Positions 1 through 8,489 of a stretch of DNA of 64,000 bases are shown in pieces; position 1 is the first letter of the stretch; every line of letters starts with the position of its first letter. The translations under genes were made by a program, and so were the position numbers. Source of the stretch: an uncultured virus (IMG/VR IMGVR_UViG_3300032050_000023) (Duplodnaviria > Heunggongvirae > Uroviricota > Caudoviricetes); the IMG/VR virus record IMGVR_UViG_3300032050_000023; one strand, written 5' to 3'. Under the pieces are notes generated by a model that made no database searches, was not told where the DNA came from, and saw nothing but the letters and a program-made list of their open reading frames with translations.

Positions 1-736
1 CGTGTTCCCACAACTTATTTCGTATGTCATACATATCAGCAACTTCTCCCCATACATCAGTTTCATAGAATCCTTGACTATCAGAACCCTTTTCAACGTT
101 GTGGCTTCCGTAAACATACTCAAAGGCAACCCACTCATTACCAAAGAACTTTCTTACTTTATCCCAAAGAGATAGTTTTTTCTTTCTAACTATACCATAA
201 CGAGCATTTGTTCCGTGTATCTTACGGGTTATAACAACCTCATCTTCCTCATTGAACATATCAGGGACGTTCTTCATATTTGGAAACTTGTAATAGATAT
301 GAAAGTTTGGGTTTTGGTGGTATCTAACTTTCTTACCTCCACCCAAAGTTACCATTTTAACTGGTGGTTCATACTTAAATATCTTTAACACGTCCATCAT
401 GTCTTGACCTTCAACAAATCCACTTTGTGCGGTTACTGATTTGAAGACATACTTAAAAGGTATTAACAAGCATTCAGAGTAAACTTTACGAAGCTTTACG
501 GTTCTTACACGTTGTCCTTTTCGTAGGTAATTGGTAACACCCATATCATCAGAAAGTTCCTGTGGTATAACAGCATCAGTAGTTGCAACAACAACCAAAT
601 CACCTTCTTGGTATTCACCTTTTTTGGTTATGGCTTGCCACCCACCAACAAGTACAAGTTCTATATTATCAGCACCTGGTATCTCTACTACAGAACCTAT
701 TTTTCCTACATATGCTACGCTATTCTTATTTTCCAT
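1..736 (-). CDS. RNA ligase, Rnl2/DRB0094-like (partial, runs off left end; absent from ORF track)
   Basis: Manual translation from ATG at 736: MENKNSVAYVGKIGSVVEIPGADNIELVLVGGWQ...VRTVKLRKVYSECLLIP...ITRKIHGTNA; KxHGTN nucleotidyltransferase motif I and the typical N-terminal IPGAD.IE domain. Confidence 0.85.
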   Translation of the reverse strand, partial: MENKNSVAYVGKIGSVVEIPGADNIELVLVGGWQAITKKGEYQEGDLVVVATTDAVIPQELSDDMGVTNYLRKGQRVRTVKLRKVYSECLLIPFKYVFKSVTAQSGFVEGQDMMDVLKIFKYEPPVKMVTLGGGKKVRYHQNPNFHIYYKFPNMKNVPDMFNEEDEVVITRKIHGTNARYGIVRKKKLSLWDKVRKFFGNEWVAFEYVYGSHNVEKGSDSQGFYETDVWGEVADMYDIRNKLWEH

Positions 737-739
737 ATC

Positions 740-886
740 TTATTCTGATTTAGATTGTTTAATAAAAAATTCTATTATTTCTTTTAGTTCTTCACCAGTC
801 AGTACTTCTTGTACAACTTGACCTACTTTATCTATCTTTTCTCCGTAATATGAACTATATAATTGGCAAAATTCTTCGTCTGTCAT
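740..886 (-). CDS. small hypothetical protein (48 aa, not in ORF track)
   Basis: MTDEEFCQLYSSYYGEKIDKVGQVVQEVLTGEELKEIIEFFIKQSKSE*; fills the gap between co-oriented neighbours exactly. Confidence 0.6.
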   Translation of the reverse strand: MTDEEFCQLYSSYYGEKIDKVGQVVQEVLTGEELKEIIEFFIKQSKSE

Positions 887-887
887 C

Positions 888-1391
888 TTATTCTTCTCCT
901 TTCATTGATACAGGTGGGGTGAAATCCCACTTGGTATTTTCAAATTCTTCAATCCATTCATTAACATCTTCTCTTGTCCAATGTGGAGCAAAAGATGGTC
1001 GGTATTGAAATGGTACACTATCCTTATTTTCCCACTCATCAAGTCGTTGTGTTACATCTTCAATAAGATTTTTAGCCTTAGTGTGTTTAATCCACTCTCT
1101 ATAATCATCCTCAGATTTAATATACATAACATCACCATAATTATAAAACTCCATTTCAGGAAATTCTAAATTTGGGTTGTTAGTATAAACATCAACAATA
1201 CCATTATCTCCATTATATGAATCACAAAGTTCTCTTAATGAATGGAAACTTTTGGGTCTTTCTTCCCATACACTACCGAACTGACGAACAGAACAAATGT
1301 ATATATACCCATCATCATAAGAATGAATAAGTCCTTCAATTTTATTTCTTAAAGAAATAAGTTCGTCCATTGTAAGTTTAGTTAAGTCCAT
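888..1391 (-). CDS. hypothetical protein
   Basis: 167-aa ORF tightly packed in an operon. Confidence 0.7.
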   Translation of the reverse strand: MDLTKLTMDELISLRNKIEGLIHSYDDGYIYICSVRQFGSVWEERPKSFHSLRELCDSYNGDNGIVDVYTNNPNLEFPEMEFYNYGDVMYIKSEDDYREWIKHTKAKNLIEDVTQRLDEWENKDSVPFQYRPSFAPHWTREDVNEWIEEFENTKWDFTPPVSMKGEE

Positions 1392-1392
1392 A

Positions 1393-1815
1393 TTATATAC
1401 TTAAATGTTTTTTTGCGTTTTCTAAAAATTTCTCAATATTCTCTTTTCCCGCAGGATTTGCTGAATGAACCAAATACTTTGGTAATGATATGTTTTCATC
1501 CGCACAATATTCAACAAGGAACTTTGCACAATCAAGTCCAGTTTTTTCCATAGAACCAAATTTCATAACCATTTCATCTTCGGACATATTTTCATAATCT
1601 TCAGGTTTAAAGTCATAATGAAAATCAGCCAAGTCGTGGTCGAATGAAACAAACTCTGGAACACCATTAACCTCAATGTATTGAACAAACTCATCGTAGT
1701 TTTTTACAATATCCCAATCATTCTCCCAATAAAATTTATTGAATGAAGATGGTATTAATGTTATTGCGTCTTTTGGGATTCTTATGTCGTCCAAAAATAA
1801 TTTATTGTTTTTCAT
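1393..1815 (-). CDS. cyclic-phosphate-processing receiver-like domain protein
   Basis: Motifs LFLDDIR, VSFDHDL, TGLDCAKFL, VHSANPAG. Confidence 0.7.
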   Translation of the reverse strand: MKNNKLFLDDIRIPKDAITLIPSSFNKFYWENDWDIVKNYDEFVQYIEVNGVPEFVSFDHDLADFHYDFKPEDYENMSEDEMVMKFGSMEKTGLDCAKFLVEYCADENISLPKYLVHSANPAGKENIEKFLENAKKHLSI

Positions 1816-1819
1816 TTTA

Positions 1820-1827
1820 CAAAAGTA
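1820..1827 (-). promoter_or_regulatory. Bacteroidota-type -7 promoter box TACTTTTG
   Basis: Matches TAnnTTTG; lies 4 nt before the ATG at 1815. Confidence 0.6.
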
Positions 1828-1860
1828 ATCATTTTATATTTACCAAACAACATTTTGAAA

Positions 1861-1867
1861 TATTTAT
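1861..1867 (+). promoter_or_regulatory. putative phage late-promoter motif TATTTAT in front of the MNLQE array
   Basis: Same motif sits shortly upstream of many structural and leader-bearing genes in this window. Confidence 0.5.
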
Positions 1868-1873
1868 TTTAAT

Positions 1874-2167
1874 ATGAACCTACAAGAATCCATAAGAAGA
1901 ATATTAAGGGAAGAAAGTGAACTACCAATATACATTAGAAGAAGGGTAAGTATGGAAGATTTAGATGATTTAGTTTTTGATGTAAAAAGTTTAATTGATT
2001 CTGATTACCATAAAATTGATGCAATATACGATACCGTAAGACAATTTATTGCCTCTAAAAAATCATTCAAATTTAATAATGAAACAGAACAACAATATTG
2101 GGACTTTTATGTAAAAATTGAAAAACCTCTGGTTGATTTTGTTAAATCAAAATTAGATTATTTATGA
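1874..2167 (+). CDS. MNLQE-leader hypothetical protein (cassette 1)
   Basis: 97 aa, starts MNLQESIRRILREE. Confidence 0.75.
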   Translation: MNLQESIRRILREESELPIYIRRRVSMEDLDDLVFDVKSLIDSDYHKIDAIYDTVRQFIASKKSFKFNNETEQQYWDFYVKIEKPLVDFVKSKLDYL

Positions 2168-2649
2168 ACCTACAAGAAAACATAAGAAGAATATTAAACA
2201 GATTAAAACCATATCTTATTGAGGGTAAATATCTGTATCATTACACACCGACTTATAATTTGGACGACATTGAAGAAGAGGGATTGATTCCAAGAAAAAA
2301 CCCAAATTCTTTTTATAAAGATGGTATTGAAGGAATATTTTTAACAAATAAATCCAGTTTATATGGAGCAAACTTACCACAGGATTTAATGAATCTTATG
2401 GATGAATACTACGAAAATGGGGAAGAAGAAGAAAAACCAATCGTTAGGTTAACAATAGATATTACACAATTAAACCCAAATAAAATAACTTGGGACGATG
2501 ATTATATTATGAATCTATATAAATGGAATAAATTCAGAACGGATGAAGATAAAATAATAGAAAGTATTGATATCTGGGGAACTATCTCATATAAAGGACT
2601 AATACCGCCTAAATTTATAATAAATGAAGATTTTGATTATTTATCCTAA
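2164..2649 (+). CDS. MNLQE-leader protein with putative ADP-ribosyltransferase/Tpt1-like fold (cassette 2)
   Basis: LYHYTP..LDDIEEEGLIP...GIFLT...IVRLTID pattern typical of H-type ART-fold proteins. Confidence 0.55.
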   Translation: MNLQENIRRILNRLKPYLIEGKYLYHYTPTYNLDDIEEEGLIPRKNPNSFYKDGIEGIFLTNKSSLYGANLPQDLMNLMDEYYENGEEEEKPIVRLTIDITQLNPNKITWDDDYIMNLYKWNKFRTDEDKIIESIDIWGTISYKGLIPPKFIINEDFDYLS

Positions 2650-2650
2650 T

Positions 2651-3430
2651 ATGAACCTACAAGAAAACATATCAAGAATTAAACAAATGATGGGACTTCT
2701 TACTGAAGTTACAAACCCATACAAAGTTGAATGGGAATACCCAACAAAGGAATATTTTACACAAGAATTAAGTGAGTTATTGGGTAATCCTGGTAGATTT
2801 AACAGTAAAGAGTTCTTCAATCCAGATAATTACGATACCATATACAATATTATGCCAAACACATTTAAAACAATTGCCGAATTTGTTAAAGGTGAAGAAA
2901 TAGAAAGTGAAAGTGAAATTAAAGATATATTGTTAAACCAAAATGTTACGGAAACAATTGTTTCAGGTGAAGGTGAATGGGATATACTAAAAGGTATTTT
3001 AATGAATAACCAACAATGTATAGAAGAAGGGTATAAATTCTTCGGTCTTGGTGAAATGAAGGTATGGAAAGGAACAGATCCAGAAACAGGTGAATATGTT
3101 GACAATGTTAACAACACAGATTATATGGGGAAAATTACAGATTTTTTGTGGAGTAAATCACCAGAAAAAGGTGTATCGTCAAGAGTATCACAAAGACTAA
3201 AAGATTCAGGAGAAGAAGACCCAATGAGATTAGCGGGAAATATAGAACAATATAGAGAATACGCAAAAAGGGGTGAAGAAAGAAAACTACCAGCAGCATT
3301 TGTTGTAAAATACTTCACACAAAAAGACGGTAATGACTATGTTTTAATAGGTGGATTTAAAAGAACATCAACGGCATTACAGATGGGAATAGAACCAATA
3401 AAAGTTTGGTATATAGATATAACAAAATGA
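2651..3430 (+). CDS. MNLQE-leader protein with C-terminal ParB/Srx-like domain (cassette 3)
   Basis: Start re-set to repeat ATG 2651; C-terminus LPAAFVV...YVLIGGFKRTSTALQMGIEPIKVWYID resembles the ParB N-domain GxxR motif. Confidence 0.5.
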   Translation: MNLQENISRIKQMMGLLTEVTNPYKVEWEYPTKEYFTQELSELLGNPGRFNSKEFFNPDNYDTIYNIMPNTFKTIAEFVKGEEIESESEIKDILLNQNVTETIVSGEGEWDILKGILMNNQQCIEEGYKFFGLGEMKVWKGTDPETGEYVDNVNNTDYMGKITDFLWSKSPEKGVSSRVSQRLKDSGEEDPMRLAGNIEQYREYAKRGEERKLPAAFVVKYFTQKDGNDYVLIGGFKRTSTALQMGIEPIKVWYIDITK

Positions 3431-3810
3431 ACCTACAAGAAGAACTTAACGAAATATTAGAGTATCAAATTGAGACAATAATAAGGAGAGATACAACATA
3501 CGAATTTGAAATAATTGACTCTCCTTTGATTACAATTGATGGGAAACAGTTTATTACAAGAACAAATACGGTATATAAAATTATAGAACACCAGTTGACT
3601 TCAAAATTTAATTCTATAAGAAAAGAACTTATTAACCAAGATGATTTTCAATACGAAATGGTAGATACTGTGTTAACGGCAATGGAATTTATTTTATCGT
3701 TCTTGGAAGAACATAAAGGAAAAAGAATATTTATTATGGGTGAATCATTTTATTCTGGTCAGACCACTGAAAGAATGAGAGGTAAACAAATTAGAAATAT
3801 AGTAATATGA
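3427..3810 (+). CDS. MNLQE-leader hypothetical protein (cassette 4)
   Basis: Start re-set to repeat ATG 3427 (ATGA overlap with previous stop). Confidence 0.7.
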   Translation: MNLQEELNEILEYQIETIIRRDTTYEFEIIDSPLITIDGKQFITRTNTVYKIIEHQLTSKFNSIRKELINQDDFQYEMVDTVLTAMEFILSFLEEHKGKRIFIMGESFYSGQTTERMRGKQIRNIVI

Positions 3811-3828
3811 ACCTACAAGAATCCCAAT

Positions 3829-4155
3829 TCATTCAGTTTCATATAATCCGTCCTTTTCGTCGTCTTTCATCATTTTAACTATACTATCTTCTCTTACGTA
3901 TTTCCTAATCAATTTGAAGATTTCTGTTATGTCCGTGAAGTTAGATACAGGACTATCGTTTCTTCCTGGTAAGAACATAATGGTAAACCCATGATTTGCT
4001 TGGAAAGTTTCCTTAACTTTTATACCACAGATTTTATCAAGGTAAATCCAAGGAAAGTTCCCCGATAATTTAACATCAATACCAATCTTATTTAATCTAT
4101 TAACAAATACCTTCAACTTGTCGGTACTTAACTCTGTATTATTTCTTGTTTCCAT
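3829..4155 (-). CDS. hypothetical protein
   Basis: 108-aa ORF. Confidence 0.65.
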   Translation of the reverse strand: METRNNTELSTDKLKVFVNRLNKIGIDVKLSGNFPWIYLDKICGIKVKETFQANHGFTIMFLPGRNDSPVSNFTDITEIFKLIRKYVREDSIVKMMKDDEKDGLYETE

Positions 4156-4159
4156 AACA

Positions 4160-4363
4160 TTAATATTTTTTAATCACATTACCTCTTAAATAGATGTTAT
4201 CAAATGACACACCATTTACAGATTCAACACCGAGATGAACTTGTCTACCTTCAATTTTGGTAATCACACCAGAATCTTCTACAGAACCTGTAATTCTATT
4301 AACCACCTTAACATAGTCACCCACTTTGATGACCGCTCCGTTTTTATCTGTCGTTTTTTCCAT
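4160..4363 (-). CDS. small hypothetical protein, possible SH3/KOW-like beta fold
   Basis: Start re-set to MEKTTDKNGAVIKVGDYVKV; TATCTTTG box at 4368-4375 just upstream. Confidence 0.6.
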   Translation of the reverse strand: MEKTTDKNGAVIKVGDYVKVVNRITGSVEDSGVITKIEGRQVHLGVESVNGVSFDNIYLRGNVIKKY

Positions 4364-4379
4364 ATCACAAAGATATAAA

Positions 4380-4595
4380 TTATTTTCTAATATCGGGGAA
4401 ACTTTTTCCGTATTCCCACTCCTTACCGTCCTGATAACCGAGTTCATAAACTTCTTTTCGTTGTTCTTGTTCCATCAATAGATGTTCCTCAACGATGTTT
4501 TGAATCATTGTGTCACTTACCTTTGTTCTATCAATAAATGGTAGTAGTTTTTCAATTAAACTATCAACCGATGTTTGTTTCTTTTCTACTTCCAT
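4380..4595 (-). CDS. hypothetical protein
   Basis: MEVEKKQTSVD..., co-oriented and overlapping its neighbour. Confidence 0.55.
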   Translation of the reverse strand: MEVEKKQTSVDSLIEKLLPFIDRTKVSDTMIQNIVEEHLLMEQEQRKEVYELGYQDGKEWEYGKSFPDIRK

Positions 4596-4752
4596 AACAT
4601 TCAAGTTTTTTATCCGTTACATTCCATAAATCTTTAACACCTTCTGTCATATGACAATTGTGTTTCTTTCCCGTTCTTTTTCCGAACTCCACAATCATAT
4701 CATTATGACGATTACGTATAAGATGTGGACATTCTTTACAGGGTTTTTTCAT
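4564..4752 (-). CDS. small Cys/His-rich (putative zinc-binding) protein
   Basis: Start re-set to MKKPCKECPH...HNCH...C; promoter box 4757-4764. Confidence 0.6.
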   Translation of the reverse strand: MKKPCKECPHLIRNRHNDMIVEFGKRTGKKHNCHMTEGVKDLWNVTDKKLECYGSRKETNIG

Positions 4753-4756
4753 ACCA

Positions 4757-4787
4757 CAAAGATAAGAAATTATTTGACAAAAACAAA
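4757..4787 (-). promoter_or_regulatory. Bacteroidota-type promoter TTTG-N19-TATCTTTG
   Basis: caaagata 4757-4764 and caaa 4784-4787 on the + strand. Confidence 0.7.
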
Positions 4788-4823
4788 AAACCCCCAACAT
4801 TTCTGAAGGGGGTTAAATAGAAA

Positions 4824-5201
4824 TTATTTTCTTATTGGAACCGTGTCCACTGGTTCAAGTATCACTTTGGTGATTCCTTTTCTAATAAAGTTAAGTTCTT
4901 TTGCAGTCCCATAACTTAAGTCAATCACGAACTTTGAGGATTTTGGTAACCTGTCGTTGATTTTTACGTATCTAACGGAGTCGTTACTTGTGTTTGTAAC
5001 TTTCACAATTGTTCCGAACTTGAAGTACTTGTGAGCTGCCGTTAAACTGTCTTTGTGGAATCTTTCTCCCGATGATGTCAATCTACCTGTCCAATGTTGT
5101 CCGTAGTAGGAGGCTGTGCCTGTGTAGATTTTTTCTGACGATTTAAATGATAAAAGTGTTAATAGTGTAATTGTTGTTAATAAATAATTTTTAAACTTCA
5201 T
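4824..5201 (-). CDS. rlpA: RlpA-like (DPBB) lytic transglycosylase family protein with signal peptide
   Basis: GTASYYG...GRLTSSGERF...LTAAHK..FGTIVKVTN...VKINDR...IDLSYGTAKEL. Confidence 0.85.
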   Translation of the reverse strand: MKFKNYLLTTITLLTLLSFKSSEKIYTGTASYYGQHWTGRLTSSGERFHKDSLTAAHKYFKFGTIVKVTNTSNDSVRYVKINDRLPKSSKFVIDLSYGTAKELNFIRKGITKVILEPVDTVPIRK

Positions 5202-5210
5202 AATTTAGAT

Positions 5211-6428
5211 TTAAAATTTATAGTATCGGTCAATTTTTCTCTTGCCGTACTTTTTTTCCATCATCTTTTGGTGTAAATCCCAATTGATGATTGATTCGTT
5301 TGTCTGCTCTTTGTCAGCCGCCATATCATATAATTTTCCAATTTTCTTAATCATCTTAGTAGCAATATAGTTAAATTTTTCACATTCGTCAACAAAAAAC
5401 TCAATTTCTCTGTCTCTATACTTAATTACGTAATTAAAAAACTTCTTTTTTACTTTCATTTTGTTTTCCAATTCAGGTGGCATCCCAAAAATTTGACCCA
5501 ATTGCATTAAAAAATCATCTCTACGATTTGTAATCATTCTATCAAAAATCTCTAATTTGGTGTTAACAAGGTTTACATAAACTAATTCCAATACTTCTGT
5601 AATCATTTCATCTTCAGACATATCTTCATAATCCACGTCAACATAATCTAAAAGATTTTTTACTCTGTCAATTTGTTCTTTCATACTTTGAATTAGATAC
5701 TCGTAACTAAAGTTTTTAATTTTCAATAACTCTTGATATACAATATCGTTTTCAATAAACTCTCTGAACTTGTCTTTTGTTGTGCCTCCCTGTCTCATCC
5801 TTGATGCTATTTCTGTGGGTCTCACAAGGTTTTCTACGTGCTGGACGTAATAACTATATCTCATAAACTGGTTAATCACTGGTATTCCAAAATTCATACC
5901 CCCGACGTAGGATTGGTATTCAGCGTCCCTTCCAATTAAATCTGTTCGTTTTTTTGTCTTATCGTATTTGTGTTTTAATTCGTGTGCTAATACCGATTCA
6001 CTGTGTATTTTGTCTTTGGTAAATACATTATATAAGTCAGTATATTCCCAATCTTCATTTGTAACAAAATTAATGCTTAGTTCTAACTTGTCATTTATCA
6101 ATTGTACTTTCATTAATATGTCATCATCAAATCCAAATCTGTTTGCAACTCCCATTGATGCTATCTCTGTTTCATCTTGTTCGTCCAACTCCTCTACATT
6201 GATATTGATTTCAACTTTATTAATCATTACGTTTCCGATTGGTAACTGTACATATTCATTAATTGTGTAAGAATTTTGTTTCTCTGTGATGTTTTTCAAA
6301 TAGTCGGCTACTAACTCATAAAGAGTATTTGCACTATCTAATATAAAATCAGGAACACCTAGTCTTTCTGACAACAATTTTTTAGTAATATTATTGAATT
6401 GTTTTTCAGTAATTATAATCTTTGACAT
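5211..6428 (-). CDS. leader-bearing protein with HExxH zincin-like motif
   Basis: VLAHELKH and a downstream E (RPTEIAS); N-terminus MSKIIITEKQFNNITKKLLSE. Confidence 0.5.
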   Translation of the reverse strand: MSKIIITEKQFNNITKKLLSERLGVPDFILDSANTLYELVADYLKNITEKQNSYTINEYVQLPIGNVMINKVEININVEELDEQDETEIASMGVANRFGFDDDILMKVQLINDKLELSINFVTNEDWEYTDLYNVFTKDKIHSESVLAHELKHKYDKTKKRTDLIGRDAEYQSYVGGMNFGIPVINQFMRYSYYVQHVENLVRPTEIASRMRQGGTTKDKFREFIENDIVYQELLKIKNFSYEYLIQSMKEQIDRVKNLLDYVDVDYEDMSEDEMITEVLELVYVNLVNTKLEIFDRMITNRRDDFLMQLGQIFGMPPELENKMKVKKKFFNYVIKYRDREIEFFVDECEKFNYIATKMIKKIGKLYDMAADKEQTNESIINWDLHQKMMEKKYGKRKIDRYYKF

Positions 6429-6455
6429 ATAAATAAATATAACAAGTTGTGGGTT

Positions 6456-7109
6456 TTACCCCACAACTCCTAACATCCCATCTAAATGATGGTCATCATT
6501 TACCTCAGAACCAATCTCACGTTTGTTCATAATTCGGATTATATCATCAATAAGGTAAGGTCTCAAATCGTTTCCTTCAACCCCCACATCCATCTTTTTT
6601 CCGTTTCCAAATTTGTTCTTTGGATTCAAATGAACGTGTCCGTGAAGATGGATTACACCTTTACTTAATCCGTGCCAACTTTGAAGGGGGTAATGACATA
6701 AAACAAAGTATTCATCTTTGATTTTTACTTCCAAATATTGCTGAACACTCAAAAACCTATCTTGGATTCCTTCTCGGTTATACTTTATATGATGATCGTG
6801 ATTTCCCAAAACAAGGTGAATATTTTGACAAACAAGTCGGTTTAAGAATTTCTCAACGTTTTCAAATCCTCCGAAACTAAAATCACCCAAGTGTATCAAA
6901 GTATCATAATGTCCAACAACCGCATTAATGTTTCTAACAAGAGCTTCATTCATTTGTTCAATGGTGTCAAAATCACGGGTGGACTTTGTTGGAATCTCTC
7001 CTTCAGGTGTTCGCCAGTTCGTCACACCTCTCACAATATTTTTGTGGGAGTAATGCGTATCACTTGTAATGAATACATTTCCAGTCAAATCTAAATTATC
7101 AAATTTCAT
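6456..7109 (-). CDS. calcineurin-like metallophosphoesterase
   Basis: SDTH, HLGD, GNHD, LCHYP, HLHGHVH motifs. Confidence 0.9.
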   Translation of the reverse strand: MKFDNLDLTGNVFITSDTHYSHKNIVRGVTNWRTPEGEIPTKSTRDFDTIEQMNEALVRNINAVVGHYDTLIHLGDFSFGGFENVEKFLNRLVCQNIHLVLGNHDHHIKYNREGIQDRFLSVQQYLEVKIKDEYFVLCHYPLQSWHGLSKGVIHLHGHVHLNPKNKFGNGKKMDVGVEGNDLRPYLIDDIIRIMNKREIGSEVNDDHHLDGMLGVVG

Positions 7110-7495
7110 AGTCGTATTTCAAATCGGTTTTTCATTTGTTCAATCTTTTCTTCAGGCACATTGTGTTGATTCACACCTCCATGTCGGTTCTCAACAATAA
7201 CTGAGAATACCATATATCCATACTTTTCTGCAAGTTCAAAATACGGTTTCATTTCCCACTCTTGTGTGAATGTGTTTGAAACTGCTATTTTTTGTATGTT
7301 TGATTCCATCGCATGTCCAACAAACTCTTGACATTCTTTATGTGCTTCTTTTATTTCTGAAGGAATGAAATTATAATTCCCATCATTATCGTAGAAGTAA
7401 TGGTCAGCTTCAAAGACATTTGATGTTAATGTTTTTGCGAACGTTGATTTACCTGAACCTGGAATTCCCCTTACAATATATAATACTTTTTCCAT
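7106..7495 (-). CDS. P-loop kinase, AAA_33/polynucleotide-kinase-like
   Basis: Start re-set to MEKVLYIVRGIPGSGKSTFA; EADHYF, VSNTF, HNVP; TATCTTTG box 7500-7507. Confidence 0.8.
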   Translation of the reverse strand: MEKVLYIVRGIPGSGKSTFAKTLTSNVFEADHYFYDNDGNYNFIPSEIKEAHKECQEFVGHAMESNIQKIAVSNTFTQEWEMKPYFELAEKYGYMVFSVIVENRHGGVNQHNVPEEKIEQMKNRFEIRL

Positions 7496-7527
7496 GTCAC
7501 AAAGATAATAAAATAATTCTAATAAAC

Positions 7528-7563
7528 AAAAAAAAAAAGAACCCACTACAGGTTCTTTTTTTT
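7528..7563. terminator. bidirectional intrinsic terminator
   Basis: A-tract GAACC-cactaca-GGTTC T-tract. Confidence 0.7.
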
Positions 7564-7621
7564 GGGTCGTCCATTAACGGATCGTCTTCCACCACCTTGT
7601 TTTTCTAAACAAGGAAACACT
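7560..7621 (-). ncRNA. structured 3'-UTR/ncRNA candidate (element 1)
   Basis: GC-elevated intergenic stretch with hairpins CCTTGTTT/AAACAAGG and TCCG-TTAA-TGGA, bounded by AGTGTTTC and CGACCCAAAA. Confidence 0.4.
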
Positions 7622-7895
7622 ATCTCGTCACTAGCGCTTCTATCTTACTTTTAACTTGTTCAGTTAAATTCAGTTCTTTTGTGTTTGTAACTATTACAGA
7701 TGACTTTAAAATTTTGTTTGGGACATTGATAAAAAATGTATCCCCATTGTAAAATGTCAAATCCTCACCCAATTCAACACAACCATGAATCATCTTCAAA
7801 AACAATTTGAATTGTACTTCGTCCATAAATGTTTCGTTAAGTAATTCACCGAAACCTTCGTTTAAAATCCTGATGTTAAATACTGTCTTGTTCAT
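7620..7895 (-). CDS. hypothetical protein
   Basis: Start re-set to MNKTVFNIRIL; promoter TTTG-N20-TATATTTG at 7900-7931. Confidence 0.7.
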   Translation of the reverse strand: MNKTVFNIRILNEGFGELLNETFMDEVQFKLFLKMIHGCVELGEDLTFYNGDTFFINVPNKILKSSVIVTNTKELNLTEQVKSKIEALVTR

Positions 7896-7928
7896 GATAC
7901 AAATATAAACAGTTTTTTTATAAAAAAC

Positions 7929-8025
7929 AAAAACCCACAAAAAATTTTTTTAATTTGTGGGTTAAGTGTCGATAAACCATTACATTAACTGAAAGGGGTG
8001 TAATGTCGTTTTGTGTAAATAAATA
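7929..8025 (-). ncRNA. small RNA candidate (element 3): TATTTAT motif, hairpin, terminator
   Basis: TATTTAT 8019-8025, CATTACA/TGTAATG stem, then ACACTTAACCCACAAA..TTTGTGGGTTTT terminator; no ORF. Confidence 0.4.
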
Positions 8026-8051
8026 TGAACAATTTTGTAAAAAAACAAATT

Positions 8052-8471
8052 TTATAAATATTTTTTTACAATTTTTTTCATTTCTTCTGTTTTTTTTGTG
8101 AAAGGAACATCTTCTACATCAAAATATTGACACTCTTCATGTTCAAAACCATCTTTTGCCAATTTTAAATTTGGTAAAATAATTTTACTGGATTCATGTA
8201 AAAATATATACATCAATCCTCTTTTATTTGTTTTAGTTGTATTGTAAATATTTAATAAATCAACGAATTTTATATCCTTTTCTTTGATTTTTATACCTGT
8301 TTCTTCATAAAATTCTCGAACTGCCGCTTGTTTTGGTGTTTCATCACCTTCTATTTGACCTGAAGGAATTGACCATTCGTTAGGTAAGGTATTTGTTTTT
8401 GACCTTTTACAAAACAATCCTCTGTTTTTATATTTTACAAGTATTCCTGAATATTTTTTAAATTCACCCAT
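8052..8471 (-). CDS. NUDIX hydrolase
   Basis: Nudix box GQIEGDETPKQAAVREFYEETG. Confidence 0.9.
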   Translation of the reverse strand: MGEFKKYSGILVKYKNRGLFCKRSKTNTLPNEWSIPSGQIEGDETPKQAAVREFYEETGIKIKEKDIKFVDLLNIYNTTKTNKRGLMYIFLHESSKIILPNLKLAKDGFEHEECQYFDVEDVPFTKKTEEMKKIVKKYL

Positions 8472-8489
8472 TATTTAATATTTATAGTT

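Larger units (their letters stand above)
1870..3824 (+). repeat. five direct repeats ATGAACCTACAAGAA (1874, 2164, 2651, 3427, 3807) delimiting a 4-gene cassette array
   Basis: Read directly; first and last copies share 22 bp TAATATGAACCTACAAGAATCC (1870-1891, 3803-3824). Confidence 0.95.

Noticed and set aside
1874..3821. MNLQE repeats as a CRISPR array
   Set aside because: Spacing is 290-776 bp, the intervals are whole genes, and no cas operon is present
3807..3878. Fifth MNLQE ORF as a real gene
   Set aside because: Only 23 codons and mostly antisense to 3829..4155; treated as an empty repeat site
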